A stretch of DNA of 64,000 nucleotides. Origin: Malacoraja senta. Its lineage: Eukaryota. The notes under the pieces were generated by a model, which was not told the origin of the DNA, did no database searches, and saw only the letters and a list, made by a program, of their open reading frames with translations. This document shows positions 51,172 to 64,000 of the stretch, in pieces. Position numbers and translations under genes: made by a program. The stretch covers positions 2,294,001 through 2,358,000 of the forward strand of contig CM075988.1 in NCBI GenBank assembly GCA_038087875.1, written 5' to 3'. Every line of letters starts with the position of its first letter. Position 1 is the first letter of the stretch.

Positions 51172-51650
51172 CAGCTTCAAATAGTTGGTCATCAGCATCT
51201 CGAATGATCGGTTCTAGGCCCGACACATAGATGCAATCATGAAGAAGGCACACTAGCAACTCTATTTCCTTATGTTTAAAGAGATTCAGCCCCTCATCAA
51301 ATACTAACTTCTGTGGATACACTGTAGAAAGTATACTGTCTGGCTGCATCATGGTTAGGCATGAGAATTCCAATCCACAGGAGCACAAGAGGTGGCACAG
51401 AGTGCTAGACTCAGCCCAGTCCATCACGGGAACAGCCCTCTCTCCATCAAATGCATCGACAGCAGGCACCACCTCAAGCACGCTGCTTCCATAGTCAAGG
51501 ATTGCTACCATTGTGTCTATATGGTGTACCTTCGCCTCACTGCTACAGTCACTCAGGCAGAAGGTCCGTACACCTGAAATCATGCTCAGGTTCAGGCTCA
51601 TGCATCTAACAGGTTCAAGAACATCTATTTTCCTATAATTGTCAGGCTCT
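51172..51650 (+). mobile_element. Old Rex1 3' part (continues from about 49745-49800 and 50333-50455)
   Basis: ACTGTAGAAAGTATACTGTCTGGCTGCATC (TVESILSGCI) and AGGTTCAAGAACA. Confidence 0.7.
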
Positions 51651-51769
51651 TGCCTATAGAGAGGAGATGGTTGCCCACCTCTTCACACATATGTGGATTT
51701 GCATGGTATTCTGGAGAAGGATCCTTGTCACAGCTCATCCAAAACAGTTCCATAGCAGAGGACTCTCTG

Positions 51770-52505
51770 ATTTAGATTTGGGTTTATAGTCACATTTACC
51801 AAGGTACAGCAAAAAGCTTTGTTTTGCATGCTACACCATGTAGACAATCAGTTCAAACTCGAGTACAATAGATAGAGCAAAGGGGAAGGTTCACAGTGCA
51901 AATATAGTTATCAGCTTTGTAGCGCATTTTGTGCATCAGATCCCTACACAAAATCCAGTGTCCTCACCTGTATAGAGGTGAACCGAACATTACCGTAGCT
52001 TATGGAAGGTCCATTCAGAAGCCTGATAACAGAGAATAAGCTATTCCCGAGTCGGGTGGTGCACACTTTCTGGGGGGGGGGGGGAGAAGAATGACCATGG
52101 TGGGACAAGCATCTATTTATAAGTATCTATTATGTCGGGTGCTTTTCTGAGGCAGCGTGAAGTGTAGATGGAGTCAACGGTGGGAGGTCTGGTCTACAAC
52201 TGTCTTGGAGTCTTAAGCACAGCTGTTCCCAAACCAAACTGTAATGCAACCCCACAGTATGTTTTCTGTGGTGCATCTGTAGAAGTTTGTACGGGTCACT
52301 GAAGGCAATTGAAGTTCCTCAGTCTCCTCAGGAAGTTGAGGCCTTCTTGGCTGTTACATCAATGTGGTCGGTCCACGGCAGATCATTGGTAATATTAACG
52401 CCAAGGAATTTGAAGCCCCCAACCATTTCCACTTCCGTACCATTGATGCTGATTGGGGCATACTTCACCAGACCTTCCTGACTAAAGTCAATAGTAATTA
52501 CCTCC
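51770..52505 (-). mobile_element. Old Rex1 3' fragment
   Basis: INGTEVEMVGGFKFLGVNITNDLPW. Confidence 0.75.
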
Positions 52506-52509
52506 CTCA

Positions 52510-52964
52510 TCTTCATATTTATGGGCTGTTCCCATAGACACACTTGGAGATGGGCATCAAATGCTATTGAAAAACAATTAACTCAGTGAAAGATGCTCTT
52601 TGGTCTGCCCAAAACCTGGTGTCCCAGCACACCGAGATGTCCATCACAGAATGTTGATGACTGACCCATTCTGGACTGAGGGAGCTTAGTGCAGCAAACA
52701 CAAAGGCTCTATGGGGGAGGTCCACAATTGTGGTCCTTCTGTTGCAGGACATTGAGGCACTGTCCAGTAGGGATACACCTCAAACAAAGGAAAGGATATC
52801 ACCCCATGCGGCCACATGAATGGCGAGGGTGTTTTGTTTAAAGGAGCAACCACTGCTGAGTATGACACTATTGAATGCATAAAGAATGTATGGGGGGTTT
52901 TTTGTAGAGTTTTTATTTTGTATACATTTTTATTCAGAATAAAGTTTATTATTGAAATAAAAAA
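52510..52964 (+). mobile_element. Tx1/L1-clade 3' fragment
   Basis: Encodes KTINSVKDALWSA with flanking stops; AATAAA and A-rich end. Confidence 0.6.
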
Positions 52965-53769
52965 TACTTCAATGCGAATGTAAGCATTCTGTATGCACAA
53001 TATAAACGCCGAACAGCATTCTACACTTCACTTGAGAAACCAGTTTTACACATTAATTCAACCACATGCAACTCAAACTTACCCTGTGGCATTACTGCTT
53101 TTGTGTAGCGACCTTTTCTTTGCCTGATCTTCCCTCAACCCCCTCTCCATGCAAAAGCACCTTACTCCACCCACCCACCCACATCAACAAAATCACTCCA
53201 CAGGCCGCCTGCCAGCAAGGTCGTGGGAAAGCCTTGCCCCTACTCGCTGGATTTCCTGCCTTATTTACTTGAGACTGAAAAAGATCTCATACATAGCAAC
53301 TGAGACTAAATGCTGGATAGAGCAAGTGTTTTACATTCCATGCGCTCAATAGTCTAATGCATATTTAACATGTGATCCGTTTCCCTGATGAGCTTTTTAA
53401 AACTAAAGAGGCCCATAGATTCGCAGGTTCAATTCTCACTTATGGCAAATAATTTTATGGAAATAAAGTGATGAAAGTGAGGAATAAAGTAATAAACAGC
53501 CAAACTCTTTTCACACAAGATAATAATTATCAGGGAAGCCCATTGGGCAACATAAATCAATTCAAACTAATATGCAGTGTAAAGAAGGAACGATGACCAC
53601 TTATTATTCTTACTAAATAGTCTTCTTTAGAGATAATATCGATGCTGAAAATTATACTTTTCAACTTTAAATCATAAAACAATTACCAAGACCAATCAAC
53701 CAGTCAAGAGTGTTAAATGGTAATGACATTTTTCATATCACTAGGCATTGGAGGTTTGCTCACACACTG

Positions 53770-56700
53770 ATTACATGATCAAGGATGCCGATCGCTCCAT
53801 CCTTCGCCCTCACTTCGGGAAATCCGACCATTCAGCGGTGCTGCAACTTCTTCCTGCATACTGGCAGCAACTGAAGAGCGCACCCCCAGAGGTGAGGACT
53901 GCACAGAGTTGGTCGGGGGAGGCAGAGGAACAACTACAGGACTGCTTGGAGTCAGTAGACTGGGCAATGTTCAAGGACTCGGCAAAGGACCTGAATGAAT
54001 TTGCCATTCACAGTTACAGACCATAAGGAAATGTGTGGAGGACTGTGTTCCTACAAAAACTTTCCGAGTGTTTCCTAACCAGAAGATTTGGATGAATCAG
54101 GACATCCCCACATTCCTCTGAAGACCAGATCCCAGGCATTCAGGTCTGGTGACGCAGAGGTCTATAAGTCCAGATACATCCTTGACAAGTCGAGTCAAGA
54201 GAGTTTATTGTCATGTGTCCCTGATAGGACAATGAAATTCATGCTTTGCTTCAGCAGAACAGAATATAGTAGGCATGAATACAGAACAGATCAGTGTGTC
54301 CATATACCATTATATAAATATATACACACATGAATAAATAAACTGATAAAGTGCAAATAAACATATAATGGGCTATTGATGTTCAGAGTTTTGTCCGAGC
54401 CGAGTTTAATAGCCTGATGGCTGTGGGGAAGTAGCTATTCCTGAACCTGGTCGTTGCAGTCTTCAGGCTCCTGTACCTTCTAGCTGAAGGTAGCGGGGAG
54501 ATGAGTGTGTGGCCAGGATGGTGTGGGTCCTTGATGATGCTGCCAGCCTTTTTGAGGCAGCGCCTGCGATAGATGCCCTCGATGGAAGGTAGGTCAGAGC
54601 CGATGGACTGGGCAGTGTTTACTACTTTTTGTAGTCTATTCCGCTCCTGGGCGCTCAAGTTGCCGAACCAAGCCACGATGCTCTCTACTGTGCACCCTTA
54701 AAAGTTAGAGAGAGTCCTCCTTGACATACCGACTTTCCGTAATCTTCTCAGGAAGTAGAGGCACTGATGTGCTTACTTTATAATTGCATCAGTGTTCTCG
54801 GACCAGGAAAGGTCTTCAGAGATATGCACGCTCAGGAATTTGAAGCTCTTGACCCTTTCCACCATCGACCCGTTTATATAAACGGGACTGTGGGTCCCCA
54901 TTCTACCCCTTCCAAAGTCCACAATCAGTTCCTTGGTTTTGCTGGTGTTGAGGGCCAGGTTATTGTGCTGGCACCATTTGGCCAGTCGGTCGATCTCTCT
55001 TCTATACTCTGACTCATCCCCATCAGTGATACGTCCCACAACAGTGGTGTCGTCAGCAAACTTGATGATGGAGTTCGCACTATGACTGGCTACGCAGTCA
55101 TGAGTATAGAGTGAGTACAGCAGGGGGCTGAGCACGCAGCCTTGAGGTGCTCCCATGCTGATTGTTATCGAGGCTGACACATTTTCACCAATATTAACAG
55201 TCTGTGTTCTGTGAATGAGGAAGTCGAGGATCCAATTGCAGGGGGATGCGCAGAGACCCATTTCTGCGAGCTTGGTAACCAGCTTGGAGGGGATGATTGT
55301 ATTAAATGCCGAGCTGTAATCAATGAATAACAGCCTGATATATGAGTTTTTGTTGTCCAAGTGGTCCAGAGCGGAGTGGAGAGCCAGCAAGATCGCATCC
55401 ACCGTTGATCTGTTGTGGCGTTAGTCGAACTGCAGTGGGTCCAAATTTTTGTCGAAATAGGAGTTGATTTGCGCCATGATCAACCTCTCAAAGCACTTCA
55501 TCACCACTGACGTTAGTGCCACTGGTCGATAGTCATTGAGGCACGTCACCTTGTTCTTCTTGGGCACCGGTATAATTGATGCCCTTTTAAGCCAGGTGGG
55601 AACCTCAGACCTCAGATGTGAGAGGTTGAAAATGTCCGTAAAAACTCCAGCCAGTTGGTCCGCACAGGTTTTTAGAACACGACCGGGTATACCATCAGGT
55701 CCAGGCGCTTTTCGAGGGTTCACCCCTCTGAAGGATCTTCTGACGTCGGCCTCTGTGACTGTGATTGAAATACCATCACAGCGAATGGGGGCTCGAGAAG
55801 GCACATTAGTGTTCTCCCTATCAAAGCGTGCGTAAAACGCATTGAACTCGTCAGGGAGTGATGCTACGCCGACATTCGAGCTGCCTCCTGATCTCGCCTT
55901 GTAGGAGGTGATTGCATTCAAGCCCTGCCACAGCTGCCAAACATCTGTCTCATCCTCCAGTTTGGAGCAGAAGTCCCTTTTGGCCTTTTTGATGGCCTTA
56001 CCAAGGTCGTATCTGGACTTCTTGTGGACCACTGTTTCATCAGACATGAATACCCAGTGTCTGGTCTTCAGAAGAGTGCGGATCTCAAAGTTCATCCAAG
56101 GCTTCTGATTGGGAAACACTCGGAAGGTTTTTGTAGGGATATAGTCCTCCACACATTTCTTTATGCAGTCTGTAACTGTGGCGTATTCGTTCAGGTCCGT
56201 TGCCGAGTCGCTGAACATTGCCGTCTACACACTCCAAACAGTCCTGGAGTTTTTCCTCTGGCACCCCGACCAGCTCTGTACAGTCCTCACCTCAAGGCCA
56301 TCAAAAAGGCCAAAAGCGACTGCAGCTCAAAGCTGGAGGATCGGGTGGATGTTCAGCAACTTTGGCAAGGTTTGAATGCCATCACCTCCTAAAGGCAAAA
56401 TCAGGAGGCAGGTCAAGCGACGGTGAAGCATCACTCCCTGAAGAGGTCAATGCATTATACGCAAGCTTTGATAGGGAGAACACTGATTTGCCTTCCTGAG
56501 CCCCCATACGCCCTGATGTTATTACAGTCGCAGTCACAGAGGCAAATGTCAGAAGATCCTTCAGGCGGGTGAACCCTCGTAAAGCGCCTGGACCTGATGG
56601 TATACCTAGTTGAGTTCCTAAAACCTGTGCAGACCAACTGGCTGGAGTTTTTGCGGACATTTTCAACCTCTTACTACTGAGGCCTGAGGTTCCCACCTGC

Positions 56701-58005
56701 TTTAAGAGTGCATCAATAATACCGGTGCCCAAGAAGAGTAAGGTGACATGCCTCAATGACTACCGACCAGTGGCACTAATGTCGGTGGTGATGAAGTGCT
56801 TTGAGAGGTTGGTTATGGGGCATATCAACTACTACCTAAACAAGAACCTCGACCCACTACAGTTTGCCTACTGTCACAACAGGTCAACGGAGGATGCGAT
56901 CTCACTGGCTCTTCACTCCGCACTGGACCACTTGGACAATAAAAACACTTACGCCAGGCTGTTGTTTATTGACTACAGCTCAATACCATCATCCCTTCCA
57001 AGCTGGTTACCAAGCTCACGGAACTGGGTCTCTGTGCATCCCTCTGCAATTGGATCCGCGACTTCCCCATCAACAGACCACAGTCTGTTCGAAGTGGCAG
57101 AAATACTTCACCCTCAATAACAATCAGTACGGGAGCACCTCAAGGCTGCATGCTCAGCCCCCTGCTCTACTCACTCTATACTCATGACTGTGTAGCCGGA
57201 CACAGTGCGAACTCCATCTTCAAGATCGCCGACGACACCATCGTTGTGGGACGAATTACAGATGGCGATGAGTCAGAGTATAGAAGTGAGATCGACCGAT
57301 TGACCAAATGGTGCCAGCACAACAAATTGGCTCTCAATATCAGTAAAACCAAAGAACTGATCGTGGACTTTGGAAGAGGAATTCCTGGGCGTGCATATTT
57401 CCGAAGATCTTTCCTGGACCCAGCACACTGATGCAATTATAAGGAAAGCACATCAGTGCCTCTACTTCCTGAGAAGATTACAGATATTCGGTATGTCAAA
57501 GAGGATTCTCTTGAACTTCTACAGGTGCACAGTAGAGAGCATACTGACTGGTTGCATCATTGTCTGGTTCTGCAACTTGAACATCCGGGAGCGGAAAAGA
57601 CTGCAAAAAGTTGTGACCACTGCCCAGTCCACACCGGCTCTGACCTCCCCACCATCGAAGGGATTTATCAGAGTCTCTGCATCAAAAAGGCAGCCAACAT
57701 CATCAGAGACCCACACCATCCTGGCCACACTCTCATTTCACCATTGCCATCAGGAAGGAGGTACAGGAGCCTGAAAACTGTAACATCCAGGTTTAGGAAC
57801 AGCTTCTTCCCTACAGCCATCAGGCTATTAAACACTACAACCTCATATAGGCTCTGAACTACAATATATTATTATTGTTGCACTGTTTAAGCTCTTTTCT
57901 CTCATTTGTCATATCATACTATGTTTACAAATTCTGTTGTGCTGCAGCAAGTAAGAATGTCATTGTTTTATCTGGGACATATAACAATAAAATACTTAAC
58001 TTGAA
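53770..58005 (+). mobile_element. Rex1 LINE (53770-54189 and 56293-58005)
   Basis: [33 protein letters not shown] tail near 57990. Confidence 0.9.
54190..56292 (-). mobile_element. Rex1 LINE nested in inverted orientation
   Basis: [30 protein letters not shown] on both flanks. Confidence 0.92.
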
Positions 58006-59172
58006 GATGTTTAAAGATTTTGAGTGTATCATAGGTTTTCCACAGTACATCAGAATCAAAGCAAAGTTTTCAAATTAACTACTTCTTACACTCACCTCAG
58101 AATTGAGCAAATTCAATTTCAAAATAAGTTTACATCAGCTCTGACTTCAAACAGAAAACACTGCTGGAACATTCCAAAATAAAAAGGCTATTATACCAGA
58201 TAAGTGAAATGGTTGTTTACTATATGCTGTGCAATTCCTTGGATATTATATGTTAAAACAATGTATTCAGCTGTGTGGAGAAAATTATAGACCCAAAGAA
58301 GTTTCAAACTCATTTCAGTTAAACCATTTCTCAAATCTGTCAAATTAATTGGAAAGATATTTATCCCTTTGCCCTATGACTCGTCCAACCATTTTGTGAA
58401 ATTATGGGCAAAAAACCTGGATTAATCAGGTAGAAATGTTCCCCATTTACACCCAAGAATCAACATTTTGATGGGCTTTGTACGAGATTTCTAAATTCCA
58501 CAAACAGCTTCAACACCGTTCTTAATAAATCGACGGATACACCTTATTATAACTACAGGAACACAATTCCACTGTAGCTTCTGTTTCCACAAAATGTCAA
58601 ACTCACACTGATCTTAAGTACCAACAGACCGTGCATTGGCTTGAATTCACATAACAATGAAAATTAACAGAGGTTTCTGACTACAGGGGGCTCTGCTGGC
58701 ATTTGCCATTGTTTGATCTTTTTCTGCTAATTGCAAGTATTTATTACTTTAATATTTTTGAAGAATATTATGTGTGACAAAATTTGAACCAAAAATGTTC
58801 AGAAATATGTTTTTTCCTACATCTAGTACATTTCCTAAGGCTCAACTAGTTTTCAATGCATGCATCTACCCAAGTTTAGCATCATGAAAAGTTTCTAAAG
58901 TTTGGAATTGGGCTTGTTGAATTGTGGGTTCTAAGCCTGGGACCAGAGAGTGGGAACATGCTTGGGAATAAGGCTGTTAGGGGTGTTGATTCTGGCATTT
59001 TGGAGGGAGCTCAGTTGTTTCTTTGATCTGACATCCGTGCACTTACAGCCGAATTGAGAGTGAAATTTTTTGGAAAGCTCATGGATGGAACTACTTGAAT
59101 GACAGGGGAAAGGATTGTTGGATGCAGTTAGTTACATACCTAACTTCCAGGATGAACTTCAAATACTTTGTG

Positions 59173-60218
59173 TAGGTATGTTACAAAACGTACCTTCTGC
59201 GGCGCTGCAGTTCTGTCACTGCCCGTGTGCGCGAATTTGGCGCCTTTGAGAGGGGGGCGGGTTTAAAATGCGATATTTCGGCAGCCTATTCAAATCGATG
59301 TCTGTCAGGTAAATTAGCTGCTAAAGAAAATTCGGTTTGACTGCCATTTTATTACGTTTATTAAAATTAGCGCTTTATAATTTAATTGTTGGAGTAAAAT
59401 TAAAATCATCTTCAAATGCCGTCAACGCCGACAACGGGACGGATTTTACGCACGGGATAAGGCAAGGTACGCCGTTTATTTTTTAATATAAAGTTGCTTC
59501 TTAGGATGCCTTTAATAAAAATTTCAAGTTGCGAAAATGTGATTATTTAAATATACCAACCGACAGTATTTTTCCTGCCGTTATTGGGGTTTAATTCACT
59601 GCAACCGCAAAGTTTGCAAACCAGCGCGTTCCACAAAATCCCACTCGCAAGATGATTTAAATGCCCATTAATTTACAGGAATTAAACACTAAATTCCTTC
59701 CATTTGGCCTATAAATTAATGACAATGAGATTTAAAAATAATGTTATATTGTGAATTCTTGTGTGAATGTTAGTTGGACACTTAGGCTTTTTTAAAAATG
59801 TTAACTTTTTCTTAAGAAATGGATAGATATTTAGATCTAGTAATTGAATTTTGTAATTAGCTACAATTGGCTAACTAGCCCATTATATGCTTTAATTTCA
59901 GGACATCCAAGTAAGATTGTTTCATATTTGTTTCAGAATGCTTCAATCTATAATAACTGAAAATTTCATTCAGTTCTCTTAATTTTTAAGAAAGTTATGG
60001 GCTTTTGACTGTCCTTGATCACAGCTTTTGCGTTAAGTCAATGGAAAAGCAATAGGGAACAAGATGCTAATATCCGAGTATGAAAATGGCCATAACGTTT
60101 TTAATACTGAAGATATGAAAGTGAATTAAGTGTCAAATTAAACTTCTTTTTATGCTTTATCTGATGGGATAAATTGCAGACTTGGTTTTTAAAATCTCAA
60201 AATTTTGTAACATTGCTA
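59173..60218. mobile_element. Non-autonomous DNA transposon, about 1.05 kb
   Basis: TIRs TAGGTATGTTACAAAA and TTTTGTAACATTGCTA (14/16); CTTTGTG on both flanks. Confidence 0.8.
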
Positions 60219-60425
60219 CTTTGTGGAAAAGGCAAATGCAGAAAGGCAATATTGAATAGTTATCAGTAGCAGCAATTCATTCAGGTCAGTAGTGATATAC
60301 ATATCTATGGGTAAAAACATATTTTCTACCTGGTAACAATGGAGTTACCTACGGTTCCAGATGAGAACCAACTGCTGTCCTTAATCATTCATCTGTCAAA
60401 ATTCCCCAGAAGACCAGTGAGTCAG

Positions 60426-60523
60426 TGAAGATGGACACAAAAATATTTGAGTAACTCAGCGGGACAGGCAGAATCTCTGAAGAGAAGGAATGGATGATGT
60501 TTTGGGTCGAGACCCTTCTTCAG
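60426..60523 (-). mobile_element. Penelope-derived short repeat
   Basis: GAAGATGGACACAAAA...GGGTCGAGACCCTTCTTCAG. Confidence 0.7.
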
Positions 60524-61483
60524 TGAGTGAGATGGCTCGATATCGATTGGCTGGAGGATGGTGTTGGGTGACTCCCTTTCACACCATCCTGGGGAATGCA
60601 TGGCCCAACACGGCCAGGAGCGAGTTCCATCATGGAGCGGAGTAGGACTGGAGGCCTGATTCGCCATCTCTCTACACTGTTACAGTCACTGACCATGACA
60701 CATACCAATCCATTTCCATGCTCCTCGTTTACTGTTTTTCCATTGTGTGCTCCCGATGCAACGTGCTAATAATATCAAAATTCAACCTTCTTCACTGAGC
60801 AGATTTGGACCAGAGATTACATGGGGTAAGTCGAGGTGCTGCAATTCCTCAGAGAGACACTGACCACATCCTTGAGACCTCATTTTCTAAAAATCATTCT
60901 GATCACTCATCTAGCATCTCTATAACACAAGTTCATGATAACTTTAAGCTAACAGGTTTTAATTTTAATTTAAAGACCAAATTTATACATTTTGTTAAAT
61001 ATTTGCTCTTTATTACACTTACAGAAGGTTAACAATATAAAATGGAAAAGTTCCATAAAAATGTTAAATGCCCAGCGGATTTACTCTTTGTCTCTTTCAC
61101 AGTTCATCTACGACTATTACATGGTTTTTTTTAACTTCAAAATATAACAGTGAAGCACAGAAAGTGGGCAGCAATAATGTGGACCAATAATCACGCAGCA
61201 ACTCATTTACAACGTTTCACCATGCAATGAAAGATTCACCCCAGAAGATGCAACATCAGCACGATAGGACTACATTAACCACAGTGGTGTATTAACTGCA
61301 ATAAATACACAAAGCAACAGATTAAATCCTTTTAGTTTACAGCCTTACTAATGCATGCAGTGCCCTGCTACCCTATGTTTACAAACCCCTTGTCAATAGA
61401 AACATATGGTATTGACTAGAGTAAAGAAGTTGGAGCTCTTGAGACCTGACTACTTACACAATGCTACACGATGCTATCATTTT

Positions 61484-62002
61484 ATACAATTATAAAAGGA
61501 CTGGACAAGCTAGATGCAGGAAAAAATTTCCCAATTTTCCCAGATGGGACTAGGGGGAAGTAATAAAAATATATATATATATATATAAATAAATAGAAAT
61601 TGGAAAAAAGTGTTCGGCACGGACTTGAAGGGCCGAGATGGCCTGTTTCCGTGCTGTAATGGTTATATGGTTATATGGTTAATGTTGGGCGAGTCCAGAA
61701 CCTGGGGCCACAGGCTTAGAATAAAGGGGAGGCCATTTAAGACTGAGGTGAGAAAAAACGTTTTCACCCAAAGAGTTGTGAATTTGTGGAATTCTCTGCC
61801 ACAGAGGGCAGTGGAGGCCAAATCACTGGATGGATTTAAGAGAGAGTTAGATAGAGCTCTAGGGGCTGGTGGAATCAAGGGATATGGGGAGAAGGCAGGC
61901 ACGGGTTATTGATTGGGGACGATCAGCCATGATCACAATGAATGGCGGTGCTGGCTCGAAGGGCCTAATGGTCTCCTCCTGCACCTATTTTCTATGTTTC
62001 TA
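61484..62002 (+). mobile_element. CR1 3' end containing a tiny 3' end of another CR1 family (about 61541-61680)
   Basis: The host matches 19050-19415; the insert matches 45938-46028. Confidence 0.85.
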
Positions 62003-62004
62003 TA

Positions 62005-62206
62005 TACACTAGGGACAATTTGCAATTATACCAAGCCCATTAGCCTACAAACCTGTATGTCTTTGGAGTGTGGGAAGAAACCAGAGATCCCGGAGAAACC
62101 CCATGCAGGTCACGGGAGACTGTACAAACGGCACCCGTAATCAGGATCGAACCCGGGTCTCTGGCGCTGTAAGGCAGCAACTCTACCGCTGCGCCGTCGT
62201 GCCGCC
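62005..62206 (-). mobile_element. tRNA-derived SINE 5' portion
   Basis: On the minus strand, GGCGCAGCGGTAGAG and GGTTCGATCC. Confidence 0.85.
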
Positions 62207-63114
62207 TGGTAGTTTAATTCATTTTTGCACTATTTTTATCGTTACAAATTCTGCATTAAATCTTTAGTTATATATTGTTACTGCACTTTCTTTTTTAATA
62301 TTGTCATCTCTCAAATATTTACACCTGTAGCAAAACAAGCAGATGTTTTTGCCAAATCTCAGTCCCATTATCCAAGACAAATTGTGCACTGCAAAGCAAT
62401 ATGGGTTGAATGCAAAAGCCAAACATGGTGAGCATTTTAAAGTGCCTATTTAACAGAACAAAATCTGCAAGACCTGTATCGACTTGTACAATCGACACTA
62501 ACTAGTTACATGACATGGTTTTATTTATTACAGGGTATCCTCGAATTGTAGGCTGACACACCCTTGTGAACTATCAAGAGAGTTAAGTCAGAATGTTTAA
62601 TTGTCATATGCACTGGAACGGGGACATTGGAATTGTTATCTGCTGCATCTTTACAGGACAAAAGCACAGCATCAGGACAGCTAATCTTCTGCACTAAGTA
62701 TCTGTTCAGCTACAATACATATACCATTAATGAACATTTGAAAGCAGAGTCACTTATGATTCCTGAACAGCTGATACTTCACTTGTTCTGTCATCCAGCC
62801 ATCCTGAATGTAGCAGCTCTAACAAAAAAAAGCAAAAGGTGTTTCCTGAATTTCAAATCCTCGAGCTGAAACTTGGCAGATCCCAGCGAGTTCCGGCTTG
62901 TGCGACATAGGCCAAGGTGACATCTTCAAACTTGGCAGGTCTATAAGTCAGGCGCTCACACGCCAGCAACGAGTGTTGCGAGGTTACAATGACAAACTAG
63001 AAAAATGCTCCATAAGGGCACTTAACTTAACTTCATAGAGCCAGCTTCCAGCTTTCTAATATCGATAGTGAGGTCAGAAACTCACAGTATCACTGCCAAT
63101 GAGTATTTCCAAAT

Positions 63115-63990
63115 GTTAGTCATGGACTTATACAATGAAACAGGCCCTTTGACCCAACCAAGTTGCCGACCTGAGCTGGTCCCATTTGCCTGCCTGCATG
63201 TGGCCCCGTATCCCTCAACCTTTTCTATCCATATCCTCTGGATGAAAAAGGTTGACCCTCAGCTCCTCTTTACATTTTTCCATTCTCACCTTAAATCTAT
63301 ATTCTTTCATTTTAGACTCCACTACCCTTGGAAAAGACTGTTGTTATTCACCTTACCTATGGAGCTCATGATTTCATGTAGACGATAATTCTTCTGCCTC
63401 CTCGGCTTCAGGGATAAAAAGCCCCATCCTATCCTGTCTTTGCTTATAACTTAAGGGAGAGGATCATGACAGAAGCCCCTTTGTGGCGATCTCTGGAAAA
63501 CGACGACACAATGCACTATGCGACGCGTCGGGCGACCAATTCTGTCAACATGTTGGACGACAGAAGCCAACAGCGAGCTATACGTCGTCTGACACACGAG
63601 CGAACTTAAGGACACTCCAGACCCAGTAACAACCTCATGAATCTTTTCTGCACTCTTTCCTGCTTAATATCCTTCATGTACCCAAGCTACCGGAAGTAAA
63701 CAATTCTTCCAAGCGTGGTCTAACCAACGTCCTGTACAGTTGTAACATGACATCCAAATGTTTGTACTCGGTGCCCTGACCAATGAATGTAATTATGACA
63801 AATGCCTTCTTCACCACAGTGTTGCCAATTTCAGAGAATCATACTTGTACCCCTTGTTCTCTCTGTTCTACCATACTCCCAAGGTCACTGCCATTTACTG
63901 TATTCTGCCCTGGTTTAAGTTCCCAAATACAACACTTGCACTTTGTGTTGAATTCTATCGTTGGCCCCCTTTCCTAGTTGATCTAAATCT
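63115..63990 (-). mobile_element. Old CR1 fragment
   Basis: Colinear with 21005-21800. Confidence 0.65.
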
Positions 63991-64000
63991 TGTGTTTATC

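Noticed and set aside
58090..58165. Minus-strand exon with a strong GAG|GTGAGT donor
   Set aside because: Stops in all three frames; a non-coding exon cannot be supported from sequence alone.

Overview
Repeat-dense eukaryotic (vertebrate) DNA with no host protein-coding gene that I can support. The repeat set (CR1 and Rex1/Babar LINEs, Penelope-like elements, tRNA-derived SINEs with CR1-type tails, Tc1, hAT, PIF/Harbinger MITEs) resembles a cartilaginous fish such as a skate or ray; this is inference. Nearly all long ORFs are decayed or chimeric transposon ORFs. A 200-N gap lies at 28114-28313. Main observations: (1) a five-level nested insertion at 39262-46077, with the three inner target-site duplications (TSDs) readable; (2) five GC-rich, non-coding composite retroelements with shared motifs, a conserved hairpin and interchanged LINE-type 3' tails; (3) minimal hammerhead-ribozyme cores in Penelope 3' ends and in short palindromic derivatives; (4) DNA transposons with apparent 5-bp and 7-bp TSDs. 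Coordinates were read by eye; ends without a TSD are approximate.
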